Assembly (NCBI GenBank): GCA_965222375.1
Contig: CBDCTZ010000005.1
Span: forward strand, 128,001-192,000
Length of the DNA stretch: 64,000 bases
DNA from: Polyangiaceae bacterium
Lineage (GTDB): Bacteria; Myxococcota_A; Polyangia; Polyangiales; Polyangiaceae
Direction: 5' to 3'
The notes under the pieces are model-generated. The model searched no databases and was not told where the DNA came from. It worked only from the letters and a program-made list of their open reading frames with translations. A program made the translations under genes and the position numbers. Positions 41,280-48,898 of this stretch are shown in pieces. Every line of letters starts with the position of its first letter. Within the stretch, counting starts at the first letter, position 1.

Positions 41280-41870
41280 TGGTTTTGTTTTGGGGATGTG
41301 CCGGAAGCTGCCGTCATCGACGGTTCATCGCGGTACGACGTGGGGCGTCACCTGCGTGACAATCGGCAGGACGCCGTTTCGCGGGGTCGATAGGCTGCCC
41401 ATGCTGCTCCGCCCGTGATGCAGCGAGCGCCTCCGCTGGTGACGCGGGCGACGGTGGGACGGCGCGCCCAGGCAACTCGGATGCCGCCAGTGGCTTCCGC
41501 CGGCGGCGCGGGCGATGGTGGGACGGTTCTGTGTCGGCCGAGAGCGGGTCCCAACTCTGGAGTACCGCGCCCCTCCGCTGCATGGCGGAGGGCTGATAGA
41601 GAGAATCGGACCTGCCCAAACTCCAGACAAGAATATCCCAGGGTGGGAGGGCAACTTGGTCGGCACATTGAGTCAGCCGGTTGCTCGATTTTTGTACGGT
41701 GTCCCACCCCGGGTGGGACAACTTGTCGGCCGACCGCGATGCTTGGTTGCGGAGTTTCGCGCCGGCGATGGGTGTCTTGCCGACTGATAGGGGCTGCGGT
41801 GCGGGCGGGCCTTTGGGGGCCCGCCACATCCGCACCTCCGCCGGGGCGCCGCGGCCGCGGGTGTCAGCGC
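41280..41870 (+). repeat. Left arm of a long diverged inverted repeat
   Basis: 41636-41667 matches revcomp 44043-44074 at 31/32; 41288-41305 matches revcomp 44189-44206 at 18/18; similarity continues to ~41870. Confidence 0.9.
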
Positions 41871-41981
41871 GGGGACTCCCTAGCCAAGAAGCAGCCCCAT
41901 GCTGTCCTTCGAGAGCAGCAAAAAGAAGATGACCCGTCCCCGCGGAGTCTCGGCAGCGCAGTCGTCATGCTGAGCCGAGGC

Positions 41982-42152
41982 TCATCGAACCAGTATCGCA
42001 AGTGCTTGCCGCAGAAACGCCTTGAACGCCCTCGCTCCCGGGTCCGGACCCCTTGCCGTAGTTGGAGCGATCGCTAGCGCCGCCACAGCGTTCTTCGACT
42101 CGGCCCGACGAAATCCCATGGTCGTGAGCGCCAGGAGGAGCTTGTGGTTCAT
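41982..42152 (-). CDS. RuvA C-terminal-domain-like tail (56 aa), separate ORF or frameshifted end of the HNH gene
   Basis: MNHKLLLALTTMGFRRAESKNAV...FLRQALAILVR*; ATGA overlap with HNH stop; resembles AL..LGF....A...lr.AL. Confidence 0.55.
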   Translation of the reverse strand: MNHKLLLALTTMGFRRAESKNAVAALAIAPTTARGPDPGARAFKAFLRQALAILVR

Positions 42153-43471
42153 TTCGTACGATGCCGCTCGTGGTCGGCTCGAACACGGCCTGGCGCTGTG
42201 CGGCTGTTCGAATCGCTGTCCGAATCGCCTTCCAGCTTTCGCTGGCGAATGTGAATTGCGCCGTCAGGGGACTCCGGTTCGGAGTCAGCACGGAGCTCCG
42301 AGACGCCGTCGCTTGGCCGCTCGCTCGAATCGCCGTCCAACATTCGCTGGCGAATGTGAATTGTACCGTCAGCGGACTCGGATTCGGAGTCGGCGCTGAA
42401 CACGTTCACGTGACAGCTCGAAGGGCTAGCCAAATCGCTGTCCGACGTTCGCTGGCGAAGGGCAATCCTGCTCTCGATGAACTTGCGCCCAAAGAGTTTC
42501 TCCGCTTCGTAGGCGTTGTGCGCCCTGCAATAGACTCGGCCGTTGCGGGTCGTGCCTTGGCCTCCGTGGGCCCGAGCTGTTTCATGCTCGAGTTCGAGGA
42601 AGACCTTGGATTGGCAGCGCTCGCCACTGGGCGATACATACGTGCACTGCTCTCCGTCGCGCTCGTAGATTTCCCGGCGGGCTTTTCGGGAGAAGTCTCC
42701 CGGCTTCGTGCCTTTGGAGCGCCGCGGGCGCTGAGCTTTGCCCAGCTTCTTCTTCTCGATATCGGCCAAGAGCAGATCGAGCCCTTTCTCGATCACGGTC
42801 GCCAGCTCTCGCTTTGGATTCCGATGACTCGTCAGGTTGAGCGCTCGTTCCAGCTTGGCTTTGAGTGCCGACCCCGCGCAGAATTGAATGTGGAATCGCT
42901 CCGCCGACAAGGCTGACAGACGAGGCCTCGGCTCCTGTGCGCACTCGCTTGGCGACGTCGCGCTCGCGCTCGGACTGGCACTCCCGCCGCCGGGCGCATC
43001 CGCCAGCAGCGTTTGCGTGGGGATTGGCTCGATGGCGTCGGGCACGTCGCGCCGAGGAAAACGAGTTCGGATCAGCAGCTCGACTTCGGACTTGCTCTTG
43101 TCGCAGGCCTCCGCGAGCAATTCGGCGTGGTTTGCGACAGTCAGGGACGTCTGCAACATGCTGAGCGCAGTCACATGGATCCGCCCCTCCCTCAGCAGTT
43201 CCAGAACCATCGGATATTTGCGAGCGACCCGAGCCGCGGCGATGTGTCGATGAGCGGCGCCCTCGCTGAGCTTCAACTTGCGACAGCAGAAGTCGCGCAT
43301 GGACGAGTAGGCTTCTCGCAGCTCCAGCCGACGCGCTTCCACCTCACCGAGGTAGGCGACGAGCTCGGCGGTGACCCGCCTCCGAGTGCCGATCACGTGG
43401 GTCAGATTTGTCAGGACTTCGCTATCAGAGAGATGAGCGATTCGCGTCGAAGGGCAGGCGTCGAGGGGCAT
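42149..43471 (-). CDS. DUF222-like N-terminus + HNH endonuclease protein
   Basis: LSD.E....L...L.EVEARRL....YSS...C...L.LSE; C-terminal RDG.QC..C..LEH....GG....N....CRAHN; TAAGCC 7 nt before ATG 43471. Confidence 0.85.
   Translation of the reverse strand: MPLDACPSTRIAHLSDSEVLTNLTHVIGTRRRVTAELVAYLGEVEARRLELREAYSSMRDFCCRKLKLSEGAAHRHIAAARVARKYPMVLELLREGRIHVTALSMLQTSLTVANHAELLAEACDKSKSEVELLIRTRFPRRDVPDAIEPIPTQTLLADAPGGGSASPSASATSPSECAQEPRPRLSALSAERFHIQFCAGSALKAKLERALNLTSHRNPKRELATVIEKGLDLLLADIEKKKLGKAQRPRRSKGTKPGDFSRKARREIYERDGEQCTYVSPSGERCQSKVFLELEHETARAHGGQGTTRNGRVYCRAHNAYEAEKLFGRKFIESRIALRQRTSDSDLASPSSCHVNVFSADSESESADGTIHIRQRMLDGDSSERPSDGVSELRADSEPESPDGAIHIRQRKLEGDSDSDSNSRTAPGRVRADHERHRTK
42238..42470. 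repeat. 105-bp-period tandem repeat inside the HNH gene
   Basis: GCTGGCGAA at 42241, 42346, 42451; encodes ADSE.ES.DG.IHIRQR. Confidence 0.85.
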
Positions 43472-43837
43472 GCCTACTGGCTTAGCACGCACTTTTTTGT
43501 CCTCTGAGCTCGCGCGCTGCGCTGCGAACGGCGTCCCGATCAGCGCGCAAACCGATTCGCCACGAAAAGCGCACGAACAGGTTCTACAGGCTTGGCAATC
43601 ACCTACGTAGTGGCGCCTTGCGACGATCGAAAGCTCGGGTCGCGAAAACCTGTCAAGAGCAAAATGCACGATGTCAAAGCAAAGTGAAAATGTCGCCCTT
43701 AACTGCAACGTGAAAGTGTCGCCTCTCGGTATCATTGTGGTTGTTTCTGAGTTGTGTTCGCCTTGTTTGGCTGAGCTTGGTCTTGGGCGGAGAACTGAGT
43801 CGTTGCCTGACTTGCAGTTGACCGTAGCTCAAGCACT

Positions 43838-44222
43838 CCGCTGAACACCGTGGCGCCGGCGCCCCGGCGGAGCTGCGAATGAGGCGGGCCCACCAAAGGC
43901 CCGCCCGCAGCGGAGCCACTTCCAGTCGGATCCACGCTGTCGCCGGCGCGGATCTCCGCAACTCAGCATTGCGATCGCCCGACAAGTTGTTCCCGCCCGA
44001 TGGGGGGGCGCCGTACAGAATTTGAGCAACTGACGTCTGCAGTGTGCCGACCAAGTTGCCCCCCCACCCTGGGACGTTTGTGTCTGCAGCTTGTTACGAG
44101 CCCGCCGCTCTCTCTATCAGCCTTCCGAGTCGTCCCCTGGAGGCCTCGCCCATACGCGCTCCGCGAGGAACTCCCGATGACGTCAAGATCCGGCACATCC
44201 CCAAAAAAAAGCCAAAACCAAT
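43838..44222 (-). repeat. Right arm of the long inverted repeat
   Basis: Reverse complement aligns to 41280-41347 and 41590-41870. Confidence 0.9.
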
Positions 44223-44230
44223 CTGCCTCA

Positions 44231-44410
44231 ACCCACGCCAGTCACGGCGTGCCGCCGCTTCGGGATGTCGCGCCGCGAGGACGAACTTCCGTCGACCCAC
44301 GCCAATCACGGCGTGCCCCCACTCTCGGGATATCGCGCTGCGTAGAGAAACTTCCGTCAACCGGGGCCAGCGCAGCGCCGCCACTCTCGGGATACCGCGC
44401 TCACGCGGCG
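44231..44410. repeat. Three imperfect ~64-65 bp tandem repeats
   Basis: Units start at 44231, 44295, 44360; shared TCGGGAT..CGCGC; AACTTCCGTC ends units 1 and 2. Confidence 0.8.
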
Positions 44411-44555
44411 TGCCATTGCCAAGTGGGTGGGCGTTGTCGGGCGGGCGACGCCGTGGTCGCATCGTGCGCCACCATGCAGAGCCCTGCAGATTTCACGCGT
44501 TCCGCAGTCGCTGACAGACGCGGCTCGACACCACGCGGGTGCGACGAGCCGTGGT

Positions 44556-45305
44556 TCAACACGGCGGCGAAATACACTCCCATTGGGGCACCAACCCCTG
44601 ACCGGGCTCCTCCGACTGGCGGTAAACGCAGCTGCAGGTTGGAGCGCAGAACCCGGTGTACTGGCACTGCTGGCCCAGTACCGGACAACTAGCGCCCGTC
44701 TGCGCCTGGCTCGGGCACGGCGGATCGGCACAGGCCACGCTCTTGGCGCAGGACCATTTGCCCTGCACGCAATTGCATAGCGGACCACAACTGCCCTCGG
44801 GCAGGCACTGGAAGTTCGTGTTCCCACAGGGCTTGCCGTCGAGCTCGTAGTCGTCCGGCAAGCCATCCCATGGCTCCGGGATATCCTCTCCCCCACCCTC
44901 GCAGCTCCACTCGCCCGTAATGCCGCAACTGCAATCCCAGAAGTTGTTCTGGCACACGGCGCCCAACGCTCCACACTTCTTGCTCGGTCCGGCGCAGGAA
45001 TCCACCTTGATGAACGCGCCGCCAACGCAGTGCCACTGTTCGCAAGGCACGCCGAAGGCGCAGACCGCACCCTCTGGGTCGCAAGCCGCCCCGAAGTTCG
45101 GTTCGCTCGATGGACAACCGAGGTTCAGCCCGCCACCACCACCACCGCTGCCCCCGCTGGCAGTGCTGCCGCCAAAGCCGGCGGTTGCCGCTCCGCCCGA
45201 CGTGCCAGCATTACCGCCGCTGCCGGCGCTGGGGTCGCTGGTGACCAGTCCACAAGAGATCAACCCGAGGGCTCCAGCCCCGACCCCAACTCGCCGCCAC
45301 CACAT
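44556..45305 (-). CDS. Cys/Gly-rich lipoprotein
   Basis: LISC lipobox, Gly linker, CP......G..C....C.Y/F repeats. Confidence 0.8.
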   Translation of the reverse strand: MWWRRVGVGAGALGLISCGLVTSDPSAGSGGNAGTSGGAATAGFGGSTASGGSGGGGGGLNLGCPSSEPNFGAACDPEGAVCAFGVPCEQWHCVGGAFIKVDSCAGPSKKCGALGAVCQNNFWDCSCGITGEWSCEGGGEDIPEPWDGLPDDYELDGKPCGNTNFQCLPEGSCGPLCNCVQGKWSCAKSVACADPPCPSQAQTGASCPVLGQQCQYTGFCAPTCSCVYRQSEEPGQGLVPQWECISPPC

Positions 45306-45402
45306 GGCCCCAGCTTACGCTCAGGGCCGCCCAGGTGCACGCACCCGCGTGCATGTAGTGGACGCGCTCCGCGCCGCAGCCCCGGGCGCCCCGGTTCGGC
45401 CC

Positions 45403-46206
45403 TTACTCCCGAGTCTGGATCTGCTCCGCCCGGAGTTGATGCCGCTCATTGAACAACCGAGAGAACACGAACAAGGCCACGCCCATGGCACCCAGAGACG
45501 TGGCTGCCGCGATCATGAACATCACCACGATCTGATATTTCACGGCAGCGAGGGGGTCTGCGCCTTGCAGGATCTGCCCCGTCATCATGCCCGGCAGAGA
45601 CACGATCCCCACGACAGTCATGCTGTTCAGGATCGGGATCATGCCGCGTCGCACTGCCTCTCGCAGCGGATCCCGCGCCGCCTCCCAACGCGTGGCTCCG
45701 AGCGCGAGCTCCATCTCGACTCGACCCCGTTGCTCGTCCAAGTCCGAAAGTAGCCCATCCAGCGCCAGGGAAACCCCGGTCAAAGAATTGCCCAGCACCA
45801 TGCCCAAGAGTGGGATCACGTATTGCGCGTGATACCAAGGCTCGACGCCGATGATCACAGCGGTCACAGTGAACGTGGTCAAAAGGCCCGTCAGCACCAA
45901 GGTCACGAACGCTCCGACTTGAGCCCCAGCAATGCTTCGACTCGACCGCGTGACCGCCGCCCGCCCCGCTGCGCCGGTCATGACCAGCAGCACGCCAAAC
46001 AGCACCCAGGGCGACTCGATCCGAAACACCCAGGCCAACACGTAGCCAACCAGAAGCAACTGAACCACCGTGCGCAGTGACGCCACCGCGAGCTTGAACT
46101 CGAGCTTCAGGCGCAAGAGCACCGACACGCCCGCAGCCGCCAGCACCAATAGTGCGGCCACCGCGAGCTGCATCGGCCCCAGAGGTAGCGCCCCACTCTC
46201 AGGCAT
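45403..46206 (-). CDS. fetB: FetB/YbbM (UPF0014) ABC permease
   Basis: RTVVQLLLVGYVL, IPLLGMVLGNS, LGAT, VGIVSLPGMMTGQIL.G.DP..AVKYQI. Confidence 0.9.
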   Translation of the reverse strand: MPESGALPLGPMQLAVAALLVLAAAGVSVLLRLKLEFKLAVASLRTVVQLLLVGYVLAWVFRIESPWVLFGVLLVMTGAAGRAAVTRSSRSIAGAQVGAFVTLVLTGLLTTFTVTAVIIGVEPWYHAQYVIPLLGMVLGNSLTGVSLALDGLLSDLDEQRGRVEMELALGATRWEAARDPLREAVRRGMIPILNSMTVVGIVSLPGMMTGQILQGADPLAAVKYQIVVMFMIAAATSLGAMGVALFVFSRLFNERHQLRAEQIQTRE

Positions 46207-46855
46207 CTTTACCCCCGGCCCCGAAGGCCTTCAAGTCGACCTGGGTATCCGTCAGCCGCGCGATCTGAGCTGGATCGTGACTCACGACCACGCCGCCCAA
46301 GCCGCCTTCGGTCCGCGCCTTCAGCCAAGTTTCGACGGCCTCGACGCTCTCGGTGTCCAGCGCACTCGTCGGCTCATCGAGGAGCAACACCTCCGGACCG
46401 ATGCCGATCCCGCGCACCAAGGCCACGCGCTGCTGCTCACCGACGGACAAGCTCCGCGCGTCTTGCTCCAACACGCCGGGTTCGAGGCCCATCTGTTCGA
46501 GCTGCCGCGCCGCCACAGACGCGTCAAACTCACGACGGGCGTTGGCGTAACAGAACGGACGCTCGAGGTTGTCGCGCACGGTTCCCTTGAGCATCACCGC
46601 GTGCTGCGCCAAGTAGGTGACCTTGCTGCGCCACTGCGGGTACGGGATGTCGCCGAGCTTTTCGCCCGAGAGCAGGAACTCCCCTGCATCAGGATCCCTG
46701 AGCCCAGCGACGGCGCGAAGCAATTGGGTCTTGCCGCTGCCGCTGGGTCCCACCACGCCCAGCCACATGCCCTCACGCACGCTCAGCGACAGGTCGCGAA
46801 ACAGTGTGCGACCAGGCACACTGAGCGTCACCCCGCGGGCCGAGAGCAGCGTCAC
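46199..46855 (-). CDS. ABC ATP-binding protein (FetA-like)
   Basis: GPSGSGKT, LSVGEQQR, LLLDEPTSALD, VSHD; coupled to fetB. Confidence 0.9.
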   Translation of the reverse strand: MTLLSARGVTLSVPGRTLFRDLSLSVREGMWLGVVGPSGSGKTQLLRAVAGLRDPDAGEFLLSGEKLGDIPYPQWRSKVTYLAQHAVMLKGTVRDNLERPFCYANARREFDASVAARQLEQMGLEPGVLEQDARSLSVGEQQRVALVRGIGIGPEVLLLDEPTSALDTESVEAVETWLKARTEGGLGGVVVSHDPAQIARLTDTQVDLKAFGAGGKDA

Positions 46856-46909
46856 GGGCAATTTGGTAGCACGACGCTTGCGCTAGCGGGAATTTGGTAT
46901 GCTGAGCGG

Positions 46910-48157
46910 ATGAAGCGAGCATGGTTTGCCCTCCTGGCCCTGTCCCTGGTGGCGTGTTCCAGCGACGACGACAGCGGCGGCGGGGGCACGGGCGCCACGA
47001 GTGGGAACGGTGGAAACGCCGGCGCAAGCGGCAGCGCTGGAAGCGGTGGCAGCGGCGGGGGCGCAGCGGGCTCCGGCGGTGCAGCGGGCTCCGGCGGCAG
47101 CTCCGGCGCGGCCACCGGCGGCGCCCCCGGCAAGAGCGTGACTTACGTCTACGTCGGCAGTAGCAAGTCCGGCACTGACAACATCGATCGCTTCAGTCTC
47201 GATCCCACCAGCGGCAAGCTCACTGCCCTGGGCAAGACCACCGCCGGCGGAACCGCGAGCTTCATGGCCCTGCACCCGTCCCTCGATTACCTCTACGTCG
47301 CGGACACCCAGAACGACGAGGCCCACGCCTTCTCCCTCGATCGCAACACGGGCGCTTTGACCGCCAAGGGAAAAATCGGTCTGAGCGGCGCTCCGGTCCA
47401 TTTGTCCGTCGATAACCTCGGCAATCACCTGCTTTCCGCCTACTACGGTGCCGGCAAAGCCGACGTCGTGTCCCTCAAGAGCGACGGCACCCTGAGTGCC
47501 ATCACCGACACCAAGTCCCCGGGCAACAAGAGCCACGCCATCGTGCTCGATCCTTCCGGCGCCTACGTCTTCGTGCCCAACAACGGCAGCAACACGATCT
47601 CGCAGTACAAATACGACTCCACCACCGGCAAGCTGACGGACAACACGCCCAAGAATGTCACCACTACCGACGGCCCCCGGCACATGGAGTTCCACCCGTC
47701 CAAAGACTTCGCCTACGTGATGAACGAGCAAGGCACGAGCATGACCGCTTACGCCTTCGACGCCTCCAAGGGCACCCTCAGCGAAATCGAAACCGAAGAA
47801 AGCCTGCCCAGCAGCGTCACCACGCCTAGCACCGGCGCCGACGTGCACGTGCACCCGAGCGGCAAGTTCGTCTACGGCTCCAACCGCTCCGGCAGTGAAA
47901 GCACCCTCGTCATCTACAGCATCGACCAGAACAGCGGCGCCCTGTCCTTGGTCGGTCATGAAAGCACGCGTGGTGGCCACCCTCGCAACTTCGAAATCGA
48001 CCCCTCCGGCCGCGTATTGCTCGTCGCCAACCGCGACTCGGACAACGTCGTCACCTTCCTGATCGACGACGCCACCGGCAAGCTCACTTTCGTCGAAGAA
48101 AAGACGGTCGTGGACTCCCCCTTCTTCGTGGGCGCCTATCGCTTCAGCCTGCCGTAA
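46910..48157 (+). CDS. Lactonase family (6-phosphogluconolactonase-like) propeller lipoprotein
   Basis: GPRHMEFHP, VYGSNR, HPRNF; LVAC lipobox. Confidence 0.9.
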   Translation: MKRAWFALLALSLVACSSDDDSGGGGTGATSGNGGNAGASGSAGSGGSGGGAAGSGGAAGSGGSSGAATGGAPGKSVTYVYVGSSKSGTDNIDRFSLDPTSGKLTALGKTTAGGTASFMALHPSLDYLYVADTQNDEAHAFSLDRNTGALTAKGKIGLSGAPVHLSVDNLGNHLLSAYYGAGKADVVSLKSDGTLSAITDTKSPGNKSHAIVLDPSGAYVFVPNNGSNTISQYKYDSTTGKLTDNTPKNVTTTDGPRHMEFHPSKDFAYVMNEQGTSMTAYAFDASKGTLSEIETEESLPSSVTTPSTGADVHVHPSGKFVYGSNRSGSESTLVIYSIDQNSGALSLVGHESTRGGHPRNFEIDPSGRVLLVANRDSDNVVTFLIDDATGKLTFVEEKTVVDSPFFVGAYRFSLP

Positions 48158-48373
48158 CCCTTTCCCCCTCGGGGTTATTTGGTTGGTTTGGGGTCGCGGC
48201 TTTGGAGCGGCAATGGGCCACTACTCTCGAGCTGGGCCATGCGAGACGCGCCCGCGGCGTGGGCATGAGCGTGGGCGTGAGGGCGAGGGTGGGCGTGGGC
48301 GGCACGTGAAGGGGTGCTCTGGATCGTGCTCGTCAGTTCTCGGGTGTGGCTGCTTTCATTGGTGGGTTTGATC

Positions 48374-48465
48374 CTGCCATCGGGCTCGGTCGGTTCAAGG
48401 CCTTCGCCGGCTGCGCCGGTGGCTGCTGCGCAGCCAGCCTTGAGCCGACCTCGACCCGATGGCGG
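48374..48465 (+). other. Branched (Y-shaped) hairpin upstream of the four-helix-bundle gene
   Basis: GCCATCGGG/CCCGATGGC and GGTCGGTTCAAGG/CCTTGAGCCGACC stems enclosing two small hairpins. Confidence 0.75.
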
Positions 48466-48520
48466 AGGGGGTGGGTGTTGTTTTGAAAGCGCGCGCTTGG
48501 GCGCGCAGGAAGGAACCTCC

Positions 48521-48844
48521 ATGCTCCGTATCTATCCAGTCAGTATTCAAGTTGCTCGCGAGTGCCGGCCCTTGGTTGATCGCATTGCGCGCTTTGATAG
48601 GGCGGCGGCGGTGCAGCTGCGCAAGTCGCTTGGCTCCATCGTGAACAACCTCGCGGAAGGCTCTGGGCTCAGAGCTGGGCGGCGAAGGCTCGCCTACGAA
48701 ATCGCGCTGGGGGAAGCGCGTGAAGCGCTTGCGAACCTCGAGTTCGCCGAAGCCATGAAGTATGCGCCACCCGTGTCTCCCGAACTGCGAGCGGACTTCA
48801 ATCACATCATCGGCACCCTCGTGAGACTCGTGCACCGCCCATAA
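48521..48844 (+). CDS. Four helix bundle protein (23S rRNA IVS / bAvd-like family)
   Basis: QLRKS..SI..NLAEG......R...Y.IALGEARE; AGGAAGGA RBS. Confidence 0.88.
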   Translation: MLRIYPVSIQVARECRPLVDRIARFDRAAAVQLRKSLGSIVNNLAEGSGLRAGRRRLAYEIALGEAREALANLEFAEAMKYAPPVSPELRADFNHIIGTLVRLVHRP

Positions 48845-48898
48845 GGTCCCGCGCACCACCGAGTTCCCGACTTGATGGAACTCAGCGCGAACTGCCGG

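Noticed and set aside
42149..43735. IscB/Cas9-like or HEARO call, and the track's longer N-terminus
   Set aside because: No RuvC or PLMP motif recognised; 43472-43735 looks like promoter DNA
44231..44410. Possible CRISPR array
   Set aside because: Whole units are similar with no unique spacers, and no cas genes are in the window
41325..44514. Paired ORFs starting MPTKLP (41325-41666 minus, 44044-44514 plus)
   Set aside because: By-products of the inverted repeat; similarity collapses after ~15 codons and the products are not protein-like
46070..46909. N-terminal extension of the lactonase ORF (likewise those at 3262, 16053, 27688, 52755, 55326, 59164)
   Set aside because: They overlap real neighbouring genes; better downstream starts exist
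48521..48844. Diversity-generating retroelement
   Set aside because: No reverse transcriptase or TR/VR pair seen in the window
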